Of a stretch of 64,000 nucleotides of DNA, positions 19,354 to 29,484 are shown piece after piece. Both the position numbers and the translations under genes were made by a program. The DNA comes from an uncultured Actinomycetes bacterium (lineage in GTDB: Bacteria > Actinomycetota > UBA4738 > HRBIN12), in assembly GCA_963792215.1 (NCBI GenBank), contig CAWBVL010000008.1, positions 483,655 through 547,654 on the forward strand, in the 5' to 3' direction. The stretch's first letter is position 1. Every line of letters begins with the position of its first letter. Under the pieces are notes generated by a model. That model saw nothing but the letters and a program-made list of their open reading frames with translations, was not told the DNA's origin and did no database searches.

Positions 19354-20124
19354 GTGCCCGTCGGTGAGAAAGCGCTCAGCAACGAACAGCTCCTGGAGAT
19401 GATGGGGCTGATCAAGGGTTCGGACACGGTCGAGCTCAAGGTGACGATCCCAGCGACCGGTGTTCGCGCCGCGGTCGCGTCGCTCGGCATGGACCCGCTC
19501 GACGCGCAGGTGCGGGCGGTCGTGTTCTTCGACACGCCGGAGCTCACGCTGAACGACGCCGGCGTGATCGTTCGCGCGCGACGGATCCAGGGTAAGCGCG
19601 ACGACACGGTGATCAAGCTGCGACCCATCGTCCCTGCGGATCTGCCGGAGGAGATGCGGCAGTCTCCGGCCCTCGGCGTCGAGGTCGACGCGACACCGGA
19701 GGGGTTCGTCTGCTCGGCCTCGATGAAAGGTCTGCTCGGGACCGCCGAGGTGCGCGAGGCGATGCTCGGCGACCGTCCCATCCGCAAGCTCTTCAGCAAG
19801 GAGCAGCGGGCGTTCTACGACGCGCATGTGCCGGCGGGCATCGGCATCGACGACCTGTCGATCCTCGGGCCGGTGTTCGTGCTCAAGCTGAAGCAGCAGC
19901 CCGAGGGCTTCCCGCGCAAGATCGTCGGTGAGATGTGGCTCTATCCCGACGGCACGCGGATCGTCGAGCTCTCGATGAAGTGCATGCCCGGAGAGGCCTT
20001 CCAGGTCGCGGCCGAGGCGCGGGCGTTCTTCCACGAGCGTGGCATCGACACGACCGCGCCGCAGCAGATGAAGACCAAGACCGCCCTCGAGTTCTTCTCG
20101 AAGGAGCTCGCGAACCAGGCTTGA
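19354..20124 (+). CDS. CYTH-like (triphosphate tunnel) domain protein
   Basis: VELKV, FFDTP.L....VIVRARR, KLR pattern; GAAGGAG RBS. Confidence 0.6.
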   Translation: MPVGEKALSNEQLLEMMGLIKGSDTVELKVTIPATGVRAAVASLGMDPLDAQVRAVVFFDTPELTLNDAGVIVRARRIQGKRDDTVIKLRPIVPADLPEEMRQSPALGVEVDATPEGFVCSASMKGLLGTAEVREAMLGDRPIRKLFSKEQRAFYDAHVPAGIGIDDLSILGPVFVLKLKQQPEGFPRKIVGEMWLYPDGTRIVELSMKCMPGEAFQVAAEARAFFHERGIDTTAPQQMKTKTALEFFSKELANQA

Positions 20125-20125
20125 A

Positions 20126-20165
20126 CGTGCGAGGGCGGGGCCGCATCGAGCCCCGCCCCGGCACG
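20126..20165. terminator. Probable bidirectional stem-loop between convergent genes
   Basis: CGTGC..GGGCGGGGC / GCCCCGCCC..GCACG inverted repeat. Confidence 0.6.
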
Positions 20166-20171
20166 AACCGG

Positions 20172-20558
20172 TCAGTGCTCGGCGGCCATCATCGCCTCGA
20201 GGTTCTTCCCGATCACCGACATCGTCTCGGCCAGCCCGTCTGTGGGGCTGAACTCGATCGTCTCGGTGCCCGCCGTGAAGAGCGGGAGATGACCCGGACG
20301 CGCGTAGTACGAGTCGCCGGCCTTCGCCGTCTCGGACGTGCCGTCGCTGTAGCGGTACATGAGCTCGCCGCTGACCACCGTGCCCCAGTGGGGGCACTGG
20401 CAGTGATCGCCGGGGAGTCCGACGAACAGCGGCGCAGGATCCTGGTCACTCGTGAACATCTCGTACGCGACCGTGTAGCCGCCGAGATCCTCTGAGCGGC
20501 CCTCGTACCCCTGGACCGCCATGACCTCGCTTGCCGTCTCCTTCGAGACCGTCGCCAT
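20172..20558 (-). CDS. Cupin-like protein
   Basis: CQCPHWG.VVSG..Y..PGH pattern. Confidence 0.7.
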   Translation of the reverse strand: MATVSKETASEVMAVQGYEGRSEDLGGYTVAYEMFTSDQDPAPLFVGLPGDHCQCPHWGTVVSGELMYRYSDGTSETAKAGDSYYARPGHLPLFTAGTETIEFSPTDGLAETMSVIGKNLEAMMAAEH

Positions 20559-20651
20559 CTCGCACCTCCTGTGCGCTCGGGAACGGTGCGACGGTAGGTC
20601 CGGGAGCGGTCGCGGCACATCGGTGCCGGCACGCAACCTGGGCACGTAGGC

Positions 20652-22319
20652 CTAGACGAGCGCGTGCTCGTGGGCGTACGCGGTCGCGACGGCGCGGGCG
20701 TTGCGACCTGTGGCGCCGAGCTTCGCGTAGATGTTCGAGACGTGTCGCTCCACCGTGCGGATCGACAGGACGAGCCGCGCAGCGATGTCTTCGTTGGATT
20801 TGCCGGCCGCCATCATGCGGAGGATCTCCCGCTCGCGTGTGCTCAGCCCTGCGGGGTCATCCACGGCGGGCTCGCCATCGATCGCCGGGATCCAGGGAGG
20901 CCGGACCGCGCCGAGGGTGACGAGGGTCGCCTGCGCAGCTCGGTCTTGCTCGCGCGCGCGGTCGATGCGGCCCGACGCGTGCAGAGCGGCGGCCAGCAGC
21001 GCCTGCGCGATGGCGGTGTCGTAGGGCGCGCCGGCGCTGCCGAAGCGATCGACGGCGTCCTCGAGCGCGGTCCGTGCCCGTTCGAGCTCGCCCGACGCCA
21101 CGCTCGCGGCGCCGTCGGCGAGCGCGGCCGACCCACGGACGGCCGCCGTGCCGAGATGCTCGCCGATCTCGATGAGCGCGGTCGCCGCGGCGCGGGCCGC
21201 CGCCGGTGCGCCGGCCGCAGCGTGCGCGCGAGCCAGCAGCTCGAGGCCCGCCGCGCGGCGCGCCCGCTCGTCGGGTTCGAGCATCCGTAGATACCGGTCG
21301 GCATCGTCGATCGCATCGACTGCGTCGCCGCGGGCGAGTGCGAGTTCCCCGCGCCCGAGGGTGGCGAGCGGCTCGGCCTGCGCACGGAACGGGTCGCGCT
21401 CGAGCTCGATGTACAGCGTCGACGCCTCGTCGAGCCGGCCCTGTCGGCGGCGGAGGTCCGCGAGCCGGACGAGCCCATCGGCGGCGATCGCGGGGCGCGT
21501 CTGCCGGAGGCGCCCCGTCGCCTCTTGGAGCGACGTCTCGGCCTCCGGCCACGCGCCGCGTGACAACAGGACCCCTGCGTAAAGCGTGCGGCACTGCTGA
21601 CCCATCGCGTCGTCGCCGACGCGCGCGCAGTACGCCGCCATCGCGTCGCACCACTGTCCGGCGCGGTCGACGTCGCGGACGCGCTCGCACGCGTTGATCA
21701 CGAAGCAATAGATCGTCGAGGCGAAGATCGGTTCGGTCACGTCGCCGGCCGTCACGGCGGCGCTCGCCTCGTCGAGCATCCGCATGCCGTCTGCCACCTC
21801 GCCGAGCGTGACGGAGGCCAGGCCCTCGAGGGCGAGCATCGTCATCTCGGGTCCGGTCTCGCCGCCGTCATGCATCACTCGCCGCGCCTCGCGGATCGAG
21901 GGGAGCGCCGCCGCCGGCTGCGAGTCGCGCAGCAGCGTCATGTAGCCCTCCAGCCCAACCGCCAGCGCGTGGGTCGCGACGGCGTTCGGGTTGTCCTCCG
22001 TCAGGCTCTTCGCCCGCGCGAGCCAGCCGCGCACGACCGCCAGCTGTCCGCGGAAGTCGTGCACCGCCATCGCGGTGAAGGCCGCGACCCGCGCGGCCGC
22101 GACGTCGTCGCCGGCCTCGCGATAGAGCGCGTATGCGCGCTCGTACGCGTCGATCGCACCGTCGTCGTCGAGCCACGCCGTCGCTTCGGCGAGACCTTCG
22201 TACGCGTCCGCGCGGTCGCCATCAGCGAGCGCGTCCGAGAACGCATGGGCGGCCTCGGTCCACGACCGTCGGGAGAGCGCGTCGCGCCCGCGGGCAAGGG
22301 CTGCCTCGGCGGCATCCAT
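20652..22319 (-). CDS. LuxR-family regulator with TPR-like helical N-terminus
   Basis: C-terminal LSTREREIL..GKSNEDIA..LSIRTVERHVSNIYAKLG helix-turn-helix. Confidence 0.85.
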   Translation of the reverse strand: MDAAEAALARGRDALSRRSWTEAAHAFSDALADGDRADAYEGLAEATAWLDDDGAIDAYERAYALYREAGDDVAAARVAAFTAMAVHDFRGQLAVVRGWLARAKSLTEDNPNAVATHALAVGLEGYMTLLRDSQPAAALPSIREARRVMHDGGETGPEMTMLALEGLASVTLGEVADGMRMLDEASAAVTAGDVTEPIFASTIYCFVINACERVRDVDRAGQWCDAMAAYCARVGDDAMGQQCRTLYAGVLLSRGAWPEAETSLQEATGRLRQTRPAIAADGLVRLADLRRRQGRLDEASTLYIELERDPFRAQAEPLATLGRGELALARGDAVDAIDDADRYLRMLEPDERARRAAGLELLARAHAAAGAPAAARAAATALIEIGEHLGTAAVRGSAALADGAASVASGELERARTALEDAVDRFGSAGAPYDTAIAQALLAAALHASGRIDRAREQDRAAQATLVTLGAVRPPWIPAIDGEPAVDDPAGLSTREREILRMMAAGKSNEDIAARLVLSIRTVERHVSNIYAKLGATGRNARAVATAYAHEHALV

Positions 22320-22355
22320 CGGCGGACCGTATCGAACCTTGTGGAGCTGGGCCAG

Positions 22356-23474
22356 CTAGACCGCGTCGCCGCTCGCCGCGTCGAACAGGTGGACCGTGGC
22401 CGGGTCGACGCGCAGGTGCAGGCTGGTGCCCTCCGACGGGCGCATGTCGGGCTCGAGCCGGACGGTGATCGCCGCGCGGTCACTCATCTCGGCGAGCAGC
22501 GTCGCCTCCTCGGGCTCGATCTGCACGCCGGCGTCACGCGCCGACACCGTCCCGTGCACCAGCACCTCGTCGCCGAGCGGTTCCACCACGCCGACGTGGA
22601 CTTCGAACCCCGGACCGGGGTCGTCGGAGCCGACCGGACGCAGGCCCTCGGGTCGGATGCCGACGACGACGTCGCCGTCGGGCACCCGGTCGCGCGGGAA
22701 CGTCAGGTCACCGGCTTCGATCAGCCCGCCCGACGACGATCCGCGGAGGAGGTTCATCGGCGGCGACCCGATGAACCCGGCGACGAATACGTTCGCCGGC
22801 CGGTCGTAGACGTCCTGCGGCGCACCGAGCTGCTGCAGGCGCCCGGCCGAGAGCACCGCGATCCGGTCTCCGAGGGTCATCGCCTCCACCTGGTCATGCG
22901 TCACGTAGATCGTCGTGATCCCGAGACGCTGATGCAGCTTCTTCAGCTCTGCGCGCATCTGGACGCGGAGCTTCGCGTCGAGGTTCGACAGCGGTTCATC
23001 GAGCAGGAAGACCCGCGGCTCGCGAACCAGCGCACGTCCCATGGCGACGCGCTGCCGTTGGCCGCCGGAGAGCTGGCCCGGCCGGCGCTTCATCAGCTGC
23101 TCCAGACCGAGCAGCTCGGACATGGAGTGCACCTTCTTTTCGAGCTCGTCCTTCGGGGTCCTGCGCTGCCGCAGTGCGAACCCCAGGTTCTTCTCGACGG
23201 TCATGTGTGGGTAGAGCGCGTAGTTCTGGAACACCATCGCGATGTCGCGGTCCTTCGGCGGGATGTCGTTGATGACCTCGCCGCCGACGACGATCTTGCC
23301 CGAGCTGATCTTCTCGAGCCCCGCGACCATGCGGAGCGCCGTCGACTTCCCGCAACCCGATGGGCCGACCAGGATCAGGAACTCGCCGGCGCCGACCTCC
23401 AGCGACAGGTCGTCGACCGCGACCATCGGTCCGGGGAAGACCTTGGTGACGTTCTCGAAGACGACGTCGGTCAC
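22356..23474 (-). CDS. Sugar ABC transporter ATP-binding subunit (MalK/MsmX-like)
   Basis: GPSGCGKST, LSGGQRQ, DEPLSNLD. Confidence 0.95.
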   Translation of the reverse strand: MTDVVFENVTKVFPGPMVAVDDLSLEVGAGEFLILVGPSGCGKSTALRMVAGLEKISSGKIVVGGEVINDIPPKDRDIAMVFQNYALYPHMTVEKNLGFALRQRRTPKDELEKKVHSMSELLGLEQLMKRRPGQLSGGQRQRVAMGRALVREPRVFLLDEPLSNLDAKLRVQMRAELKKLHQRLGITTIYVTHDQVEAMTLGDRIAVLSAGRLQQLGAPQDVYDRPANVFVAGFIGSPPMNLLRGSSSGGLIEAGDLTFPRDRVPDGDVVVGIRPEGLRPVGSDDPGPGFEVHVGVVEPLGDEVLVHGTVSARDAGVQIEPEEATLLAEMSDRAAITVRLEPDMRPSEGTSLHLRVDPATVHLFDAASGDAV

Positions 23475-23491
23475 GCGCTCATCCCTTCAGC

Positions 23492-24409
23492 TCAGCCTTT
23501 CAGGCCTTGCGTCGCGATGCCGCGCACGAAGTAGCGCTGCGCGGCGATGAACAGGATCAGCATCGGCATCATGCTCATAACGTTCCCCGCCATCAGCAGG
23601 TTCGTGTCGTTCACGTGCGAGCTTTGGAAACTCATCAACCCGAGCTGCACGGTGAAGACCTTCTCGTTATAGATCGTCACGAGCGGCCAGAGGAAGTCGT
23701 TCCACGTCCACAGGAACTGGATCACCGCGAGCGTGGCGAGGGCCGGCAGCGACAACGGCAGTACGATCCGGAACAGCACCGACAGGCGCGACGCGCCGTC
23801 GATCCGTGCGGCCTCCTCGAGCTCGATCGGCAGCGTCCGGAAGAACTGGGTCAACAGGAAGATCCCGAACACGTTGGCAAGGTTCGGCACGATCAACGCG
23901 CCGAGCGTGTTGATCAGGTGCATCTGCTTCACGATCAGGAACGTCGGGATGATCACGACCTGGACCGGGATCATCAGCGTCGCGAGCAGGAAGAAGTAGG
24001 CCACGCTCTTGCCGAAGAACCGGATCCGGGCGAACCCGTAGGCCGCGAGCGAGCAGAACAGCAGGTTTGAGGCCACGACCGCGACCGTCACGATGGTCGT
24101 GTTGATGAACCAGGTTCCGAACGGTACAGACGACCACGCACGCGGGTAGTTCGACCATTGGAACGTGCCGGGCCACAGGATCGGGGGGAAGTGCTGGGTC
24201 TGCGCGAGCGTCTCGAGCGATGTCATCACGACCCACAACAGCGGCACGAGCATGATGATCGCGACCGGCATCAGCAAGAGATGCCACGGGCTGAACGGCA
24301 GCCATCCCGCGCGGGGCCGCTCGACCATGCCGGTCTCGCCCATCAGGCCCGCGGTGTCGCTTGCGGCGACGATCGCGCCCGTTGCTCGGACGTCGGGTTT
24401 CAGGCTCAT
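23492..24409 (-). CDS. Carbohydrate ABC transporter permease
   Basis: ELEEAARIDGAS EAA motif; multiple TM segments. Confidence 0.9.
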   Translation of the reverse strand: MSLKPDVRATGAIVAASDTAGLMGETGMVERPRAGWLPFSPWHLLLMPVAIIMLVPLLWVVMTSLETLAQTQHFPPILWPGTFQWSNYPRAWSSVPFGTWFINTTIVTVAVVASNLLFCSLAAYGFARIRFFGKSVAYFFLLATLMIPVQVVIIPTFLIVKQMHLINTLGALIVPNLANVFGIFLLTQFFRTLPIELEEAARIDGASRLSVLFRIVLPLSLPALATLAVIQFLWTWNDFLWPLVTIYNEKVFTVQLGLMSFQSSHVNDTNLLMAGNVMSMMPMLILFIAAQRYFVRGIATQGLKG

Positions 24410-25347
24410 GACGAGTAATGCACCACCCGGTTGCCGAGCCAGAACTGCACCAAGGTCAAGATGAGGATCACGACGAACAAGACGTATGCGAGCGCCGCCG
24501 CGTATCCCGCGGCGCTGAACCCGTACGAGCTCGTGAAGGCCAGCCTGTAGATGTAGAAGACGGGCACGCTGGTGCGCCCAAGCGGTCCTCCCTTCGTGAT
24601 GAAGAACACCTCGTCGAACAGTTGCACCGCGCTGATCGTCGACCAGACCACGAGCAGCAGCGTCGCGGGCCCGAGCAACGGCAATGTGACGTTCCGGAAG
24701 ATCGTCCAGTGCGAGGCGCCGTCGACCGATGCGGCCTCGACGAGCTCATGCGGTACGCCTTGGAGCGCGGCGAGGTAGATGATCGCGTCGAACCCGAGCC
24801 ATCCCCATACGGTCATGATCACCAGCGAAGGCATCGCCCCGGACGGGGAATCGAACCACCCGAACGGTCCGAGGCCGACCCCGCCGAGCGCCCAGTTCGC
24901 GATCCCGAAGTTCGCGTCGAACACCCACATGAACATGACGCCCGTCGCGATCGTCGAGACCGCCACTGGGATGAACACCGCCAACCGGTAGAAGCGGATG
25001 AGCCGGATCTTCTGGTTCATCGCGATCGCGAGGAAGAGCGCGATGATGATCGACGTCGGGACGAAGAGGCACGTGTAGTACACGGCGTTGACCGCCGCCT
25101 GCCGAGCTGCGGGGTCGCTCGCGATCTCGGAGTAGTTGTCGAACCCGACGAACGGACGGTTGGGCGAAAGCAGGCTCGCCTTCTGCATGGACAGGATGAA
25201 GCCCCAGATGATCGGGAAGATGCTGAAGAGCGCGACGAGGAACACCGCGGGCAGGACGAACAGCCATCCGGCCAGGTGGTCGGACGTCAGGACGCGCCGG
25301 GCGAAGCCCGGCGCGTCCCGCTGCGGCCGTGCCGCGACCGTCGCCAT
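24406..25347 (-). CDS. Carbohydrate ABC transporter permease
   Basis: ELVEAASVDGAS EAA motif; FVGFDNY. Confidence 0.9.
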   Translation of the reverse strand: MATVAARPQRDAPGFARRVLTSDHLAGWLFVLPAVFLVALFSIFPIIWGFILSMQKASLLSPNRPFVGFDNYSEIASDPAARQAAVNAVYYTCLFVPTSIIIALFLAIAMNQKIRLIRFYRLAVFIPVAVSTIATGVMFMWVFDANFGIANWALGGVGLGPFGWFDSPSGAMPSLVIMTVWGWLGFDAIIYLAALQGVPHELVEAASVDGASHWTIFRNVTLPLLGPATLLLVVWSTISAVQLFDEVFFITKGGPLGRTSVPVFYIYRLAFTSSYGFSAAGYAAALAYVLFVVILILTLVQFWLGNRVVHYSS

Positions 25348-26694
25348 CTAGCCCCCTGCGAGCACCTGGTTCACCTGGTTCGCGGCGTCGTCCAGCGACG
25401 ACTTCGGATCGCCTTGGCCGAGCATCACCTTCACGATCGCCTCGCCCATGATCCTGCTGATCTGGTCGTAGCTCGTGATCACCGGTCTCGCCTTGGTGAC
25501 GTTGGCCAGGTTCTGCGCGAACAGTCCCTCACCGGGGAACTTATTGTCGAACTGACTGATGAACCCTGGCTCCTTGATGACCGATTCCCGCAGCGGCAGG
25601 TGCCCGCTCTCCATCGAGTCCGCCTTGATCTGCTCGGCGGCCATGAGCCACTGCATGAACTGCCAGGCTGCCTCACCGTGTCCGTTGTTGTCGAAGAGCA
25701 CCCACATGTCAGGACCGGCGATCGTCGCGTGGGATCCGCCGGGGAACGACGGCATGATCTGCACACCGTAGTTGATGTCGGGAACGCTCGAGAGGTCCCA
25801 TGGGCCGGTCACCAGCATGCCGATGTTCCCCGCGTTGAACAGCTGCTCGATCTTGCCGGTGTTCTGCTGGTCGAGGTAGACCGACTTGTCGGTCACGGCC
25901 ATCTGCTGCAACGCCGTGAGCGCCGTGACGCCGGCGTCGGAGTTGAACGCAGCCTGGGTGTTGTCGGCGTTCAGGATGTCGCCGCCCGCTTCCCAGAGCA
26001 TCGCGTCGTAGTGCCAGACGGTGTCCTCGCTGCCGTCCACCGGGAACGCCCAGCCGTACTGCTGCTTCGACGGATCGGTCAGCGCCTGCGCAGCCGCGCG
26101 GAAGTCGTCCCAGGTCCAGTTCGCCGTCGGCGGCTTGATGCCCGCCTGCTGGAACAGGTCCTTGTTGTAGACGATGGCGAGGTTGTCGATCAGCGCCGGG
26201 ATCCCGTAGACGTGCCCGTCGACGGTCGCGGCATCGCGCGCGCCCGGGATGAAGTCGTTCCAGTTGAAGCTCGGGTCCTGCACCTTGTCGGTGAGATCCA
26301 TGACGCCCGGCGCCGTCGCGATCTGCGGCATCGACGTCCCGTACTGGTACGTGATGTCGGGCTGCTCGCCGGCGTTCAGGGCGACGGTGAGCTTCTCCAA
26401 CGCGTGGTCGTTCGTCCCGATGTAGTCGAGGTTCACCTGGACCCCGGTGTTCATGGCGTTGTACTGGTTCACCAGGTCCGTGAGCGACTTGGCCTCGTAA
26501 TTGGTCTGGCCCTGGTTATCGATCACCTTTCCGTAGCCGTGCCACATCGTGAGCTCGATCGGGGCGCCCGAGCTGCCCGCCGATCCGCTCGTCGAGCCCG
26601 TATCCGACGATCCCGACGTGCACGCGACCGCAACGAGTCCGATCGCAGCCAAGGCCGCGACCACCAGCGTCCGTGTCCTCTTGCGGCTCCTCAT
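25348..26694 (-). CDS. Sugar ABC transporter substrate-binding lipoprotein
   Basis: Lipobox LVAVAC; YNKDLF..WTWDDF pattern. Confidence 0.9.
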   Translation of the reverse strand: MRSRKRTRTLVVAALAAIGLVAVACTSGSSDTGSTSGSAGSSGAPIELTMWHGYGKVIDNQGQTNYEAKSLTDLVNQYNAMNTGVQVNLDYIGTNDHALEKLTVALNAGEQPDITYQYGTSMPQIATAPGVMDLTDKVQDPSFNWNDFIPGARDAATVDGHVYGIPALIDNLAIVYNKDLFQQAGIKPPTANWTWDDFRAAAQALTDPSKQQYGWAFPVDGSEDTVWHYDAMLWEAGGDILNADNTQAAFNSDAGVTALTALQQMAVTDKSVYLDQQNTGKIEQLFNAGNIGMLVTGPWDLSSVPDINYGVQIMPSFPGGSHATIAGPDMWVLFDNNGHGEAAWQFMQWLMAAEQIKADSMESGHLPLRESVIKEPGFISQFDNKFPGEGLFAQNLANVTKARPVITSYDQISRIMGEAIVKVMLGQGDPKSSLDDAANQVNQVLAGG

Positions 26695-27593
26695 GATGTC
26701 CCCTCCTGTTGAAGCACCACCGACCGGGTCAGATGGCGCGGATGATCGGGATCGAGCCCGCGTGCCTCCGCGAGCGCAACCGCCGTCCTGTGGATGAGTA
26801 CGAGTTCTGCCATGGGGTCGAGTTCACCGATACGCACGGTTGCCCCGGTTGCGGCCACGTCGTCGGCCACCCCGGGGTCGGGGGAGCCGAGGATCCAGAC
26901 CAAGCTGGAAGGCCCGGCCACGCTGATCGGGCCGTGCCGGTACTCCATCGCCGGGTAGCTCTCGGTGTGGGCTTGTGCCGACTCGCGGAGCTTGAGTGCG
27001 GCCTCGTGGGCCACGCCGACGCTCCACCCGGCGCCGAGGAAGACGAAGTGATCGAACCCCGCGGGGTCGTGGGGGAGCGGCATCGTGACCGCGCGCTCGC
27101 CGTCGGCGATCGCGGGCTCAAGGTCTTCCCCGAGGTGCGCGCGGAGCAGCGCGAGCGTGCTGGTCGCGAACCGCGTCTGGACGACCGACCGTTCGTCGGC
27201 GAAGTCCAGCGTGATCAGGTGGCCGGCGAGCGCGGCAGCGGGCGAATCGGGCACCGCAGTGATGACCGTGGTGAACGTCGCCTCCGCCTGCATGCGTTCG
27301 ATCGCACGGAGGGCCTCCGTGGTCGTGCCGCTGCGAGTGATCACGATCGTCCGGTCGATCGGGCGCTCGATCGGCAGCTCGGTGGGCGTGTAGGCATCCG
27401 TGACGCCGAGCGCCCAGTGGAGCTCTGCCCGGCGCGCCGCATAAGCCTGCGCGACGAACCAGCTCGTGCCGCATCCGAGCGCGACGACCCGTTCACCGGC
27501 GTAGGGGAGCGCAAGCACCGACTCGGCCGCCAGCGTCTTCGCCTCGCGCCAACACGCCGGCTGGGAGGCGATCTCCTCCGAGGTCAGGCTCAT
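26691..27593 (-). CDS. SIS-domain sugar-phosphate isomerase/deaminase (AgaS/GlmS-like)
   Basis: GCGTS, ITRSGTT, EAALKLRE, EYRHGP. Confidence 0.85.
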   Translation of the reverse strand: MSLTSEEIASQPACWREAKTLAAESVLALPYAGERVVALGCGTSWFVAQAYAARRAELHWALGVTDAYTPTELPIERPIDRTIVITRSGTTTEALRAIERMQAEATFTTVITAVPDSPAAALAGHLITLDFADERSVVQTRFATSTLALLRAHLGEDLEPAIADGERAVTMPLPHDPAGFDHFVFLGAGWSVGVAHEAALKLRESAQAHTESYPAMEYRHGPISVAGPSSLVWILGSPDPGVADDVAATGATVRIGELDPMAELVLIHRTAVALAEARGLDPDHPRHLTRSVVLQQEGTS

Positions 27594-27676
27594 CTTTGCC
27601 GAGGCTATTGCTCGATAATGTTCGGAGTCAAGCCGAAACGTGCATGAACGCGCAGGGCGGGTGTATCGTCCGCGAC

Positions 27677-28435
27677 GTGCAACAGGCCGAACGGCTCTCG
27701 GCGATCCTCGCGGACCTGTCGGCGGACGGCAGCGTCGAAGTGGCCGACCTCGCCTCTCGGCTCGACGTCTCGGCGGCGACGATCCGCCGCGATCTCGAGC
27801 TCCTCGAGGAGCAGCGGCTGCTCGCGCGCACCCATGGCGGCGCGGTGACCATGGGCGTGCTCTATGAACTGCCGCTCCGCTACAAGGGCGCGAGGCATCA
27901 CGACGAGAAGCGAAAGATCGCGCAGGCCGCGGCCACGTTGGTCACCGACGGCATGTCGCTCGGTTTGACCGGCGGCACGACGTGCACGGAAGTGGCGCGG
28001 GAGCTCGTCGATCGCGAGCGGCTCACCGTCGTGACGAACGCGCTCAACATCGCGAGCGAGCTCGCGGTCCGTCCGAACCTCAAGCTGGTGGTTACCGGTG
28101 GGACCGCGCGCCCTGAGTCCTATGAGCTCGTCGGTCCGCTCGCCGAGGCGTCGCTCGCCGGGCTGCATCTGGACCTGGTCGTGATCGGCGTGGACGGGAT
28201 CGACGCCGAGGCCGGCTGCACCACGCACCATGAGGTCGAAGCGCACACCGACCTCGCGTTGATCGAGCGCGCGCATCGGGTTGTGGTCGTCGCGGACTCG
28301 TCGAAGATCGGCGGCGTCGCGTTCGCGCGGATCTGCCCGGTCTCGCGGATCGACACGCTGATCACCGACCGGTCCGCCAACGTTCGGTCGCTCCGGGCGC
28401 TCCGCGAGGCCGGCGTCACCGTCGAGACGGTCTGA
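27677..28435 (+). CDS. DeoR/GlpR (AgaR-like) transcriptional regulator
   Basis: VSAATIRRDL helix-turn-helix, GGTT, VTNALNIA; alternative start 27644. Confidence 0.9.
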   Translation: MQQAERLSAILADLSADGSVEVADLASRLDVSAATIRRDLELLEEQRLLARTHGGAVTMGVLYELPLRYKGARHHDEKRKIAQAAATLVTDGMSLGLTGGTTCTEVARELVDRERLTVVTNALNIASELAVRPNLKLVVTGGTARPESYELVGPLAEASLAGLHLDLVVIGVDGIDAEAGCTTHHEVEAHTDLALIERAHRVVVVADSSKIGGVAFARICPVSRIDTLITDRSANVRSLRALREAGVTVETV

Positions 28436-29484
28436 TGCGCGATCTGCCGCTGCGCGACTACCGGCCGCGCCAGATGGTGCGCCGGGAGTTAACGAAGCTC
28501 GACCCACGTCCGCCGGCGCCGCTGATCGACGCGCACAACCACCTCGGCCGCTGGCTCACCGGCACGTGGTCGGTACCCGACGTCGGTGAGCTGGTCGCGC
28601 TGATGGACGAACTCGGCGTCAAGACCATCGTGAATCTCGACGGGATGTGGGGCGACGAGCTCGATGCGAACCTCGACCGCTACGACCGCTCGTATCCGGG
28701 GCGATTCGCGACGTTCGCACAGTGGGATCGGGCGCTGTTCGCGCGGGACGGCTGGAAGGAGCTCGGCACGCTGATCGCCGACGCCTTCGATCGCGGCGCG
28801 CGCGGCCTGAAGGTCTGGAAGGACCTGGGGCTGCATCTGCGTGACGCGAGCGGCGAGCTGGTGATGCCCGACGACACCAGACTCGATCCAGTGTGGGACG
28901 CGATCGCCGCCGCCGGGCGTCCGGTGACGATCCACGTCGGCGATCCCGCGGCCTTCTTCGAACCGTTGGACGAGCGCAACGAGCGCGTCGAGGAGTTGCT
29001 CGAGAACCCGGACTGGTGGTTCGGCGACCGCGATCGGTTCCCGACGTTCGACCGGGTCCTCGAGTCGCTCGAGTCGCTGATCGCGCGTCGGAGCGACGTC
29101 ACGTGGGTCGGCGCGCACGTGTTGTGCGCCGCCGAGGACCTCGCCTGGGTCGACCGGATCCTGACGACGTATCCGAACGCCCACGCCGACGTCGCTGCGC
29201 GGATCGCGGAACTCGGCCGGATCCCTCGGGCGACGCGTGACCTGCTCGAACGACACCCCGACCGATTCGTCTTTGGGACCGATGCCTTTCCACCCGACGC
29301 TGCGACCTACGCGGTGCACCGGCGGTTCTTCGAAACCGCGGATGAGGCGTTCCCGTATGACGCCGACCCGGAGGAGTTGCCGAGCCAAGGGCGGTGGACG
29401 ATCAGCGGGCTGTCGCTCTCGGGTGATGCGCTCACGGGCCTCTACAGCGCGAATGCGCGGCGGGTGATCGGGAGCGACACGTGA
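28435..29484 (+). CDS. Amidohydrolase family protein (TIM barrel)
   Basis: IDAHNHL, GLKVWK, IHVGDP, GAH and FGTD motifs; TGATG coupling to DeoR. Confidence 0.8.
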   Translation: MRDLPLRDYRPRQMVRRELTKLDPRPPAPLIDAHNHLGRWLTGTWSVPDVGELVALMDELGVKTIVNLDGMWGDELDANLDRYDRSYPGRFATFAQWDRALFARDGWKELGTLIADAFDRGARGLKVWKDLGLHLRDASGELVMPDDTRLDPVWDAIAAAGRPVTIHVGDPAAFFEPLDERNERVEELLENPDWWFGDRDRFPTFDRVLESLESLIARRSDVTWVGAHVLCAAEDLAWVDRILTTYPNAHADVAARIAELGRIPRATRDLLERHPDRFVFGTDAFPPDAATYAVHRRFFETADEAFPYDADPEELPSQGRWTISGLSLSGDALTGLYSANARRVIGSDT

